From positions 24,005-88,004 of the forward strand of contig JAUMAA010000002.1 of assembly GCA_032117075.1 (NCBI GenBank): a stretch of DNA of 64,000 nt. The letters are read 5' to 3'. Under the pieces are notes generated by a model. The model made no database searches. It was not told where the DNA came from and saw only the letters and a program-made list of their open reading frames with translations. The stretch is from Patescibacteria group bacterium. GTDB lineage: Bacteria; Patescibacteriota; WWE3; UBA101185; UBA10185. Made by a program: the position numbers and the translations under genes. This document shows, piece by piece, positions 28,656 to 37,675 of the stretch; the first letter of the stretch is position 1; every line of letters begins with the position of its first letter.

Positions 28656-30102
28656 AAGGATTCTTTCTTCAAAACTTTCAATCTTCATCTTCATTAATCT
28701 TTTAATATCCGGGTTTCAAATTTTTTTAATCTCTTTTTTCTTTAGTCAAATGAATATTGAAATTCCTTTTTGGTATACATCTAATTGGGGTCTAGAAATG
28801 TTAACTGAAAAAAGAAATATTATTGTTATTCCTTTTATTTCAATAATTATTACTATATTTTCTTCTCTAATTTACTCTCTTTCAAAAAATTTCTATCAAC
28901 AATATTTCGACGATATTATTCTCTATTCTTCTTCATTTTTTAACCTTTTTTTAACTTATTCTCTTTTAAATATAATTAGAAAAACAACCTATACTAATCT
29001 TTTTTTCTTAAACTTTATTCAAACAGAACTTTTAAATTCTTTCTTCGTTACTATGGTCCTTACATTATTCATTACACCTTTAATGATAGGATTATTTAAG
29101 AAAAATGATCTTATCACCGATCCAAAAAAGCATTTCCACCCAGGGATGATACTCAGACATCCTTCAGCGAGAGGAGGAGGTATTGTTTTTGCAATTGCTG
29201 TTGTTACTTCATCTTTTCTATTCGTTAAACTGGATAAAATAACAATCGCAATTCTAATTGCTGTTGTATTATGTGCTTTAATAGGACTTCTTGACGATAT
29301 CTCAAATACAACAAGTAAAAAAGTTTTTAAAGTTTTTGGAAATCCCTTTTTTAGATTGCTAGTTTTACTCCCAATTCCAATTGCTCTTTTAATTTATTCA
29401 GGGGTTACAGTTCAGAATATAGGCAATCCATTTGGAGAGCAAATAAATTTCAATTTCTATCAATTAATTTTTTTTAATCAAATTATTTACCCAATAAGTA
29501 TTATTTTTACATTCCTCTGGATACTCTGGATTATTAATTTATTATCTTGGTCTAATGGAGTTGACGGTCAATACTCTGGAATTATAACAATTGCAGGAAT
29601 AGTTATTTCATTTCTTTCTTTAAGATTTGTAAGTGTTTCTGATCTAGATATTAACAATGCAAAAATTGCAATTATAACTGCGGGAGCAGCCTTGGGGCTG
29701 CTCCCTTATACCTGGAATCCTTCCAAAATCATGTGGGGATTTGGGGCTACCTCAGCGGGAATAGCGCTTGCAGCAATTTCTATTCTGTCATCGACTAAAA
29801 TATCAATCTCTGTTCTAGTTTTATTAATCCCATTTATGGATGCTGTAATTACAATTATTAGAAGAATATTGAATAAACAAAATCCGCTAAAAGGAGATAG
29901 GGGCCATTTACACCATCTATTATTAAACAGAGGTTGGTCTGTAAAGCAAATCGCAGTTTTTTACTGGTTTAGTACTTTAATTCTTGGAATGATAGCTTAC
30001 CTATCAAGCGATAAGGATTTACCTTTAGTACTTCTAACCTGTGCAGGTTTTATAAGTTTTTTTATAATCCTATTGAATTTGAAAATAGATATAAGGAAAT
30101 AG
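28642..30102 (+). CDS. MraY/WecA-family polyprenyl-phosphate sugar-1-phosphate transferase with an N-terminal extension of about 160 aa
   Basis: LLDDISN (DDxxD), SWSNGVDGQYSG (NxxNxxDGxDG), DRGHLHHLLL (HHH-type motif). 486 aa is longer than the usual length of about 350 aa. Confidence 0.7.
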   Translation: MGMLKRILSSKLSIFIFINLLISGFQIFLISFFFSQMNIEIPFWYTSNWGLEMLTEKRNIIVIPFISIIITIFSSLIYSLSKNFYQQYFDDIILYSSSFFNLFLTYSLLNIIRKTTYTNLFFLNFIQTELLNSFFVTMVLTLFITPLMIGLFKKNDLITDPKKHFHPGMILRHPSARGGGIVFAIAVVTSSFLFVKLDKITIAILIAVVLCALIGLLDDISNTTSKKVFKVFGNPFFRLLVLLPIPIALLIYSGVTVQNIGNPFGEQINFNFYQLIFFNQIIYPISIIFTFLWILWIINLLSWSNGVDGQYSGIITIAGIVISFLSLRFVSVSDLDINNAKIAIITAGAALGLLPYTWNPSKIMWGFGATSAGIALAAISILSSTKISISVLVLLIPFMDAVITIIRRILNKQNPLKGDRGHLHHLLLNRGWSVKQIAVFYWFSTLILGMIAYLSSDKDLPLVLLTCAGFISFFIILLNLKIDIRK

Positions 30103-30538
30103 CAATCACTAAAATTTGAGTAATAATTCCCCATGGAAGTGGGGCTTGGAATTGCATAGCGCTTTGAGCCCTATTTAATAAATGTAATAAAGGATGTTTT
30201 TTTCCGAGAAATAAATCTAAGGATGAAAAAGCATCAGGGAGTACAGAAAAAATTCCGCATAAAAAAATATTTAAAGCTAATAATGGATTATTTAATTCCC
30301 AGTAGGTATAAGAAGTAAAACCTACACCAACTGCAACGCCTACAGCCATATCTGCCATTACAGCTAGAGGTCTCCAGCCAGTTGTCCTTTCTTCCTTTTT
30401 AGTATTTGAATAAAAATCCCAATGAGGCACTTTATCTCCTAAAAAGTGACCAACAAACGATAAAGGAACTGCAATTAATGGGTTTGGTATTAGAGCTGCT
30501 ATGGCTACTCCAACAAATGTGTGTGGTGTAAGTAACAT
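30062..30538 (-). CDS. Hypothetical polytopic membrane protein
   Basis: 158 aa with 4 hydrophobic helices. Convergent with the MraY/WecA-like gene (overlapping 3' ends). Confidence 0.4.
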   Translation of the reverse strand: MLLTPHTFVGVAIAALIPNPLIAVPLSFVGHFLGDKVPHWDFYSNTKKEERTTGWRPLAVMADMAVGVAVGVGFTSYTYWELNNPLLALNIFLCGIFSVLPDAFSSLDLFLGKKHPLLHLLNRAQSAMQFQAPLPWGIITQILVIAISLYLFSNSIGL

Positions 30539-30575
30539 AAGTCTTATTATATCAAACTGTATTATAATTATTAAA

Positions 30576-31508
30576 ATGATAAATTTCTTCTATCAAATAA
30601 TTAGAACTGCAAGGCCAAGGCAATGGCTTAAGAACTTTGCTTTAGTCACACCTGCAATAATTATGGGAAATATACAAGATCCAATGACTATCACCAAATT
30701 GATAGATGGTTTTATTGCTTTTTGTATGATTTCCTCAGCTGCTTATTTTGTAAACGACATCATAGATGCCCCTAAAGATTTACTACATCCAATAAAAAAG
30801 AATAGACCAATTCCTTCAGGGAAACTAAAAGTATGGGTTGCTTGGTTAGTAGCTATAATTTTAATTATTTCCTCAATTTTTTATTCATTAGTAAACGGTG
30901 GAACATTTTTTACGGCACTTGTGATTGTCTACATTTTAATTCAATTTCTTTATTCAACTTTTATTAGAAATATTATAATTTTAGATTCTCTAACTGTAGC
31001 ATCTGGATTTGTGATTAGAGTTATTGCAGGTGCGGTAATCACAATGATTTCAGTATCATCCTGGTTAATTCTAACAACTATTGCTCTTTCACTTCTCTTA
31101 GCATTTGGTAAAAGAAGAAGTGAAAAAACTCTTCTGTCAGAAACACATGTTGAAGCTGAAACTAGAAAGACTTTAAAAAACTACCCTGATACCTTACTTG
31201 ATTCAATGATTACCATGTCAGCAACTTTCTGTATTGTTGCTTATTCGCTATTTACTTTCCAGGTTAGTCCAGATTTGGCTGTTAACAGTATAAGAAAGTA
31301 TTTACCCGCTGTAATTGATTCACCTAAGTGGTTAATGTTCACAATTCCTTTAGTAATTTATGGGGTAGCAAGATACCTATATGTTATCTATGAAAAGAAA
31401 CAAGGAGAATCCCCTGAAAGGGTGTTGCTTTCTGACTTACCTTTACTAATTACAGTTCTTCTTTGGGGAATTTTGATTCTTTTTCACAACCTTTTTATCA
31501 TCAATTAA
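30576..31508 (+). CDS. UbiA-family prenyltransferase, resembling decaprenyl-phosphate phosphoribosyltransferase (DPPR synthase)
   Basis: N-terminal RTARPRQWLKNFALV, the NDIIDAPKD (NDxxDxxxD) motif, and 8-9 TM helices. The start is the internal ATG at 30576. Confidence 0.65.
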   Translation: MINFFYQIIRTARPRQWLKNFALVTPAIIMGNIQDPMTITKLIDGFIAFCMISSAAYFVNDIIDAPKDLLHPIKKNRPIPSGKLKVWVAWLVAIILIISSIFYSLVNGGTFFTALVIVYILIQFLYSTFIRNIIILDSLTVASGFVIRVIAGAVITMISVSSWLILTTIALSLLLAFGKRRSEKTLLSETHVEAETRKTLKNYPDTLLDSMITMSATFCIVAYSLFTFQVSPDLAVNSIRKYLPAVIDSPKWLMFTIPLVIYGVARYLYVIYEKKQGESPERVLLSDLPLLITVLLWGILILFHNLFIIN

Positions 31509-31701
31509 AATTTAAATTTAATGAGTTTAAAGTTATCTAGATACAGAAGTACCCGCAACTCTTTCTATACCTATGGATCTAAAATTTAGATTAACCACCT
31601 TTAATGTAAAAGTAAGATATACAGGAAGAATAAGTAAAAAGAAAAGAATAAGTAACATAGTAATATCTAAAAAGAATCTTAAAAAGGTATGGTTTTTGGT
31701 T

Positions 31702-32232
31702 TTAAACATAAATCTCCTCATCTTCGTTATTACTTTCAATTTCATTTTCAAGATCTAGAACAAAAAAGTAAGTTGAAATTGGGCAGAGAATTGAAGTTAG
31801 TAAAAGAACATAACCATTTACCAATCCTAGAAAAAAGAGAATCATAGAAAGAAATAGAGTTATATATGAATAGATTAACCAGATTAAAGATTGTGAGTAT
31901 AAATGAAATGAATCCTGAATCAGAAAAGAAGCTCTTAGGGTAAACAATCTTAAAGTCGTATTTGGGTGGATATGTGACTTATGAAAATGTATAGATTTTA
32001 GAATAGAGTACATCATTCCCAGAAAACAAAAAATGGCAAAACTAATTAGCAAGTAGGAGTTGATTAAACTGTAAGCTTCTAGAGAAACTTCTAACGAAAA
32101 TACATTGTAAATACTTACGTTATAACCTAAACTAATCCCTAAATACAAAGTTATTAAAACTTTTAAAAAAACGAAAGTAAAGGCAGGTATGATAGATTCT
32201 TCAATCAATTTCAGCAGGATTTTAGAAAACAT
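31702..32232 (-). CDS. Hypothetical membrane protein
   Basis: 176 aa, hydrophobic with an acidic C-terminus. Confidence 0.35.
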   Translation of the reverse strand: MFSKILLKLIEESIIPAFTFVFLKVLITLYLGISLGYNVSIYNVFSLEVSLEAYSLINSYLLISFAIFCFLGMMYSILKSIHFHKSHIHPNTTLRLFTLRASFLIQDSFHLYSQSLIWLIYSYITLFLSMILFFLGLVNGYVLLLTSILCPISTYFFVLDLENEIESNNEDEEIYV

Positions 32233-32250
32233 AATTACTTATATAATAAT

Positions 32251-33723
32251 ATGAAAATCAGAAAAGAAGCAATATTTTTAATTTTTTATTTTTTATTTTC
32301 ATTAGTACCGTTCGTAGCTTTTCAATGGAATCTAGACGGTTACGAGTTTCCAAAATATTTATTTATAATTTTATTTGGATTAATTTGTGGAATTATAATA
32401 TTTTTTAGTGAAAAAATTTTTATACCCAATAAAATTTTTTCACTTTTTGTAATTAGTTTTTTAATTTCAACTATATTTTCAGAAAATTTCTTGTATTCTT
32501 TTTTTGGTGATTACCCGAGATTAAACCATAATTTAATAATAATTTTTTCAATCATATTAATATCAATTGTTTATAAGACATACCTCAGTAACCTAGATAT
32601 CTTTAAAATAATATTTTATCAATCTATTTTTCTAGCTCTAATTACTTTATTTGAGGAAAATCAAAGAGTTTTTGCTACATTTGGACAGCCAAATTTTCTT
32701 GGAATAATTTTAGTTATTGGATTAATCTACTCACTGGAAAACTTATCTAAAAATAGATTTTATCTTTTTGTTAGTATTTTTTTACTTTATGGATTAATTC
32801 AAACAGCATCGATTACCTCTATTTTTTCTTTCTTTATTACCATAATTTACCTTTCTATGGATAAGGGGAGGAAATATTTAAAATATTTCCTCCCCTTGAT
32901 CATCATCTCGATTTTATTTGTTAGCTTAATACCGATTACAAAAAATAAAATATTAGATAATATAAATATCTTATTTCATCAAAATACTAAAATAACTGAC
33001 AGTATCTTAGTAAGAATTAGTATCTGGGAGGACACTTTAAAAATATCTATACAAAGCAATAAGAATTTTCTAATTGGTGTCGGTCCTGATAACTTTTCTT
33101 TAAAGTATGAACATTTTAGAGGTAACAATATCAACACCACCTCTGAATGGGATTCTCTAATAGATAAATCACATAACTACTTTTTGGATATTTTCGTTGA
33201 GCAGGGTATATTTGGATTAATAATTTTAATTTATATATTATTTCTGTTTTTCAAAAAAGATAATAAAGAAAAAATTTATCTCATACCGATAATAATTTAT
33301 TTGTTTTTTAATTGGCCGCATATTTATTTATATTTAATTTTTATTTTAATTCTCAGTAAAGAATTTAATATTGAAATTGAAGTTAAAAAAAATATTTATA
33401 TAAAAATTATTATTATTTTATTTATTTTATCTGTTCTTATTTCCTTATTAATATTTAGATTTGAAGAGCAAGATGAAAATAAAAATTTTTATCGAAGCAG
33501 GAATCCATATATAAAAATTCAAGGAATAGAATATTATCAAAATAAAAAAGAATTACCAAATTACCTAGAATATCTTAAAAAAGAATATCCAAATAATCTT
33601 AAAATTTGGTATGAAATATATAAATCAGAAAGATTTAACAACTTTAAATCTTCTGAAAAAACTAAAAATAAAATTTATGAGCTCAGATCTGATTTAATAG
33701 AATGGAATGAAGTTTTTAAATAA
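32251..33723 (+). CDS. Polytopic membrane protein, O-antigen ligase/polymerase-like
   Basis: 490 aa with about 10 TM helices, a mid-protein periplasmic loop and a C-terminal soluble tail. The assignment rests on topology only. Confidence 0.4.
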   Translation: MKIRKEAIFLIFYFLFSLVPFVAFQWNLDGYEFPKYLFIILFGLICGIIIFFSEKIFIPNKIFSLFVISFLISTIFSENFLYSFFGDYPRLNHNLIIIFSIILISIVYKTYLSNLDIFKIIFYQSIFLALITLFEENQRVFATFGQPNFLGIILVIGLIYSLENLSKNRFYLFVSIFLLYGLIQTASITSIFSFFITIIYLSMDKGRKYLKYFLPLIIISILFVSLIPITKNKILDNINILFHQNTKITDSILVRISIWEDTLKISIQSNKNFLIGVGPDNFSLKYEHFRGNNINTTSEWDSLIDKSHNYFLDIFVEQGIFGLIILIYILFLFFKKDNKEKIYLIPIIIYLFFNWPHIYLYLIFILILSKEFNIEIEVKKNIYIKIIIILFILSVLISLLIFRFEEQDENKNFYRSRNPYIKIQGIEYYQNKKELPNYLEYLKKEYPNNLKIWYEIYKSERFNNFKSSEKTKNKIYELRSDLIEWNEVFK

Positions 33724-34977
33724 TTATTTTATTTTTGAAAACTCTTTTGAAATATATCCAATTTTTCCATCTTTCATTTTTATTTGAAACCAACCAGTGT
33801 TAGCTTCAGATACTAATTCTAACTCGTCATTCTTTACTACTTTCCCAATCTCAGACCCATTAGGCTCCTGTCTAACCCTTAACCAATCAGCTGTAACTAC
33901 AACATATTTTTTCGAAGTTGAGGATAAAACTTGTGAACTTGGAGATGTCTGTGAGGTAGGATTATTACTTTGAGCTACCTGATTTAAAGAAGTATTATCT
34001 TTTTTTTCTGTTTCATTTTTATTTGATTTTTCCAAAGAATAAAGTGCAGAAATAGTATCAGTATTTTTATTATTTAACACATCTCTATTTATATTTTTAT
34101 GAAGTAAAGCAACTTTTTTTGTAGATAAGTCACCTATAGAATCAAAATCATCAATTTGTCTTAAGTCTTTATCAAATACCCTTCCCTCAGAGTCAATAAA
34201 ATATTCAAAGAAATTTTCCTTTACTATTCCCTGATCCTTTATATTTACCCCTCTTCTTTTTTGATAATAATTTAAATAATCTAACCAATCTTTGGTGTAA
34301 GTGAAAACATCAGGATTTGAAGATTTAATTAAGTAAAGATTATCGTAATCTTCAAATTTAACTATTTCTTCCTCAGAAGGTAAAGGTGGTAGCTTTATAT
34401 CAATATTTGTTTTGTAACCATCTCTAATATTTACAGTAAAGTTAAGATCTTTAAAACCTTCTGAACCTACTTTAAATTTATAACTACCACTTTCTAACTT
34501 ATCCAACTCCTCAGAGTTTAATTCTTTGTCATTTACAAATATTTTGGCATTTCTAGGTTTGACAAAAACTTCAACTTTTTTCTCGTCATAGGTCCCCTCC
34601 CAAATATTTACACCGCTAGAAAGATCCTTATTTATCCCAAGTTCTCGGTAAACAATATTTTCTGAGTTATCAATTATATTCAAATTTGTATTGTAACCAC
34701 TTATCTCACCTTTAATTGACAGATTTAGTAATCCAGATTTTACTTCGATATTTTCTAAGGGTGTTTGTCCAACTAAATTTGAATTTATATAAACCTGAGC
34801 ACCTGCCTCTAGTGTATTTATTGTTAAAAAAGATTTTCTCGATATCCCGAGAATCTCAGGAATCTTCTCTTGGTAGTACGAAATTAAACCAAAGATAGAA
34901 CTAAAAATCACTAACCAAATTATTAGTTTCTTAAAGTTTACCCTTTTTTTTGAAGGCCTGATAGTTGTTATAGACAT
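33724..34977 (-). CDS. Membrane-anchored PEGA-domain protein with a C-terminal bacterial SH3 (SH3b) domain
   Basis: Start at the internal ATG (MSITTIRPSKK), because the longer ORF would run through the tRNA-Cys gene. TM anchor, PEGA-like repeats (VYINSNLVGQTPL), C-terminal SH3_3-like DWLRVRQEPNGSEIGKV...GWFQIKMKDGKIGYIS. Confidence 0.55.
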   Translation of the reverse strand: MSITTIRPSKKRVNFKKLIIWLVIFSSIFGLISYYQEKIPEILGISRKSFLTINTLEAGAQVYINSNLVGQTPLENIEVKSGLLNLSIKGEISGYNTNLNIIDNSENIVYRELGINKDLSSGVNIWEGTYDEKKVEVFVKPRNAKIFVNDKELNSEELDKLESGSYKFKVGSEGFKDLNFTVNIRDGYKTNIDIKLPPLPSEEEIVKFEDYDNLYLIKSSNPDVFTYTKDWLDYLNYYQKRRGVNIKDQGIVKENFFEYFIDSEGRVFDKDLRQIDDFDSIGDLSTKKVALLHKNINRDVLNNKNTDTISALYSLEKSNKNETEKKDNTSLNQVAQSNNPTSQTSPSSQVLSSTSKKYVVVTADWLRVRQEPNGSEIGKVVKNDELELVSEANTGWFQIKMKDGKIGYISKEFSKIK

Positions 34978-35030
34978 AGGATTTACATTATTATAAACTA
35001 ACCTCTTCAATGTTAAAATACACTCACAAA

Positions 35031-35105
35031 GGCGCAGTGGCGAAGAGGAAACGCAGCAGTCTGCAAAACTGATATGCGAGGGTTCGATTCCCTCCTGCGC
35101 CTCCA
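35031..35105 (+). tRNA. tRNA-Cys (anticodon GCA), CCA encoded
   Basis: Acceptor GGCGCAG/CTGCGCC, anticodon loop CTGCAAA, T-arm GAGGG-TTCGATT-CCCTC, discriminator U (characteristic of tRNA-Cys), then CCA. Short 3-bp D-stem. Confidence 0.75.
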
Positions 35106-35146
35106 AAATAATCAAACACTTAAGTAAATTTGATATATTTAATAAA

Positions 35147-36982
35147 ATGTCAGAAATACCAAAATCTATATCCCCAATTGCAGAAATTAAAGAACAAAAA
35201 TTAAATTTGTCTGAAACCCAAAAAGAAACATTAACCGATTCATTAATGGGGAAGGTTAAAACTGCTATAAAAGAAATCCAAGAGAAAGTCAAAGTAATTA
35301 TAGAAAAACCAAAATTAAAAGGGTTGATTGAAAGTAAAAATTACGCAGAAGTTTTTTCATTAATAGATAGTTACCCAGAAGACGTTAAAAAAATAATCTT
35401 AAAAAAAATATATCCGGGAATAATTACTTTCTCTAATAATAATTCAGACGAAAGCAGAGAAATTGATAGAAAAAATGCCGAATTGTTTATTAAGAATTAT
35501 AAGTATTTTGAAGAATCAGATACTCAAACTTCTCTTGAGGTAAAAGAAAAAAATAGTTACAGCAAACTATTAGCAAATAATTCTGATTTACTTTTAGATA
35601 ACTCCCAATTGTTTCTCACCAAAGAAGATTCGCAAGGTAATAAATCTCTATCACTAGAACGAGCATTATCAGTAATTGATAAAATATTAGAAACAAAAAA
35701 CGTAGGATGTTTTATTCGAAACCTAGATGTAATTTTTGATATAGAAGAGTTAGCCAATAAATCTGGAGATATAAAGTATAAAGTTCTTAAACAAATACAA
35801 AGTATAAAAGAATTAATTCTTAATTCAGATGAAAAAATAATTCAAAATGAATTGAATAACTGTTCGGATAATATCAAAGAACTTTACACAGAAAAACTAG
35901 AAAAAAGGTATTTTAAAAGAGAATATATTGAAAAAGCAATTATAAGGGTAAGAGAGAGAAAAGAAAAAGCTGAAACACAAGAAGATAAGGATAAATATCA
36001 AACTACCGAAGCAGGTTTAGAGTATTTAAAAAATTTTGAAGCAAATGTAAAAGATCACTGTGAAAAAATGTTCGAAAAATATGGAATTTTTGAGGAATCA
36101 ATGAGAAAACATTTAGTAGATAAGATTAATAAATTCATGAAGGAAGATATCGGGGATAGTAATTATATGATTGCAAAACTAGAGATATTAGCGAAAAAAG
36201 AAGGTTTAGAAGTTTTAGAATATATCGCATTTTTACAACAAAAACTTAATGAGATGATTGATCAAATGTGTTTTTATTCATATAAACAAAAAAATGTAAT
36301 AAATCATGTATTTGAAGAGGGAAATGATTCCCCAAGATTTTTATCGCAAATTGAAATTGATGAAAAAGGGATTAAAGTTTTTAAGGGGAGAGCATCTAAT
36401 TCAAGAATTATGAAAGTTATGGAAGAAACTTTATTTGGGAAAGATTTTCATTCTCAAAGCAGGGGAGAAAACAACTGCACATATGGATTTATAAATCATT
36501 CGGAAGCATCAAACTCTAGAGAGGGTGCTAATGCATACAAATCAGAAGAATACGGTTATGGAAAATTTACTTTAAAATTAAAAGACGATGTTAGAGAAAG
36601 AACTACTTTATTTAGTGGTGACTCTAGTCAAGCTGATAGAATTAGATCAGGTAGAGGACAGCTTGTAACTTTTGCAGAATTTCCTCATATATCAGTCTTA
36701 CTATCCACTTCAGAATTTGTAGAAAGTATTAGAAACATAGATGAAATAGATAACTTGAGTTTAGATAGGGATTTTATGCAAAAAAGTTCTATAGCCCCTT
36801 TTGCTTATTTTGAGTGCCAATATCATGGAAAAACAGGATCTAGGGATCAAATTGAAAGTATCATTTATCACGGTACCAATCAAGATGAGCTTGAAGAAAT
36901 TAAGTCACTCCTACAAAATGGAAATGGGCTAGATTCTCCAGAATTAATTAGTGCTGCTGAATATGCAACAAGAAAGAAATAA
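35147..36982 (+). CDS. Large cytoplasmic-type protein of unknown function, paralogue A of a two-member family with a conserved C-terminal domain
   Basis: 611 aa, no signal peptide. Clear full-length similarity to 45062..46717, e.g. YPEDVKKII/YPEDIQEKI, EYLKNFEANVKDHCEKMFEKYGIFEE/EYLKDYEKNVREHCKKMNEQYGIFDE, N.TYGF, LKDDVRERTTLF/LKDEVKDRATFT, FPHISVLL/LPHISTVL, ECQYHGKTGSRDQIESIIYHG/EVQYHGETGSVDQIQTIMYHH. Confidence 0.6.
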   Translation: MSEIPKSISPIAEIKEQKLNLSETQKETLTDSLMGKVKTAIKEIQEKVKVIIEKPKLKGLIESKNYAEVFSLIDSYPEDVKKIILKKIYPGIITFSNNNSDESREIDRKNAELFIKNYKYFEESDTQTSLEVKEKNSYSKLLANNSDLLLDNSQLFLTKEDSQGNKSLSLERALSVIDKILETKNVGCFIRNLDVIFDIEELANKSGDIKYKVLKQIQSIKELILNSDEKIIQNELNNCSDNIKELYTEKLEKRYFKREYIEKAIIRVRERKEKAETQEDKDKYQTTEAGLEYLKNFEANVKDHCEKMFEKYGIFEESMRKHLVDKINKFMKEDIGDSNYMIAKLEILAKKEGLEVLEYIAFLQQKLNEMIDQMCFYSYKQKNVINHVFEEGNDSPRFLSQIEIDEKGIKVFKGRASNSRIMKVMEETLFGKDFHSQSRGENNCTYGFINHSEASNSREGANAYKSEEYGYGKFTLKLKDDVRERTTLFSGDSSQADRIRSGRGQLVTFAEFPHISVLLSTSEFVESIRNIDEIDNLSLDRDFMQKSSIAPFAYFECQYHGKTGSRDQIESIIYHGTNQDELEEIKSLLQNGNGLDSPELISAAEYATRKK

Positions 36983-37291
36983 ATGAAAAATATGTATATA
37001 TACGAAGTTGGTTTAAATCAGAGAAATTTAATTTTAGTTGGTACAACAAAATTACAGGAACTTTCAATTGGAGAAGTAAAATCAACTTACTGTATCAGTA
37101 TTGATTTATTAGAAAAAAATATCTATAAACCTTCCCTTTTAATAACTCAATTGAAATTCGGAGAATGGGATGATTCGTTTTCGGATAAAGAAGAAAAAGA
37201 AATATTAGAAAAGATTTATCTAACATTTTCGGAACAAGAAATCGAGGAGAAAATAATTAAACCTCTATCCTCAGTAGAATCTATAATTTGA
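36983..37291 (+). CDS. Small acidic protein translationally coupled to paralogue A; candidate cognate partner or immunity-like protein
   Basis: ATG immediately follows the TAA of the upstream gene (TAAATG). 102 aa, no TM helix, Glu-rich C-terminus. Confidence 0.45.
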   Translation: MKNMYIYEVGLNQRNLILVGTTKLQELSIGEVKSTYCISIDLLEKNIYKPSLLITQLKFGEWDDSFSDKEEKEILEKIYLTFSEQEIEEKIIKPLSSVESII

Positions 37292-37354
37292 CCAAACACG
37301 GTCTTAGTATATAATTTAGTCGAATTCAAATTTATTTATTTTAAAGGAGGAAAT

Positions 37355-37654
37355 ATGAATCTTGATAGTATCAAACCACTGCATGATTATGTATTAATTG
37401 AGCCTATTGAACAGGAAACAACACTTCCTTCAGGGCTAGTATTGACTGAAGCTGCGAAAGAAAAACCACAGAGAGGAATTATCATCGCTGCAGGGTCAGG
37501 AAAAACTAATGAAAACGGGGTGGTCAAAAAACTTGCAGTACAAAAAGGGGACGAGGTTTATTACAAAAAATGGGGAGGAAACGAAATTAAAATTGAAAAT
37601 AAAAATTACCTGCTTATGAGAGAAGAGGATATTATTGCTCTCATTCAAAAGTAA
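37355..37654 (+). CDS. groES: Co-chaperonin GroES
   Basis: LKPLHDYVLIEPIEQETTLPSGLVL...GDEVYY...EDIIA is a canonical Cpn10. RBS AAGGAGGA. Confidence 0.95.
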   Translation: MNLDSIKPLHDYVLIEPIEQETTLPSGLVLTEAAKEKPQRGIIIAAGSGKTNENGVVKKLAVQKGDEVYYKKWGGNEIKIENKNYLLMREEDIIALIQK

Positions 37655-37675
37655 CTAATTCAGAAAGGAAAAATT

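Noticed and set aside
31533-31758. Two overlapping small ORFs (72 aa on -, 61 aa on +) in the gap after the UbiA gene
   Set aside because: They overlap each other and the end of the 31702..32232 gene, with no clear RBS. The minus-strand one has a TM-like segment, but the evidence is insufficient.
37292-37354. CIRCE/HrcA operator upstream of groES
   Set aside because: No TTAGCACTC-N9-GAGTGCTAA-like inverted repeat is present. Only a TATAAT-like -10 and the RBS are visible.
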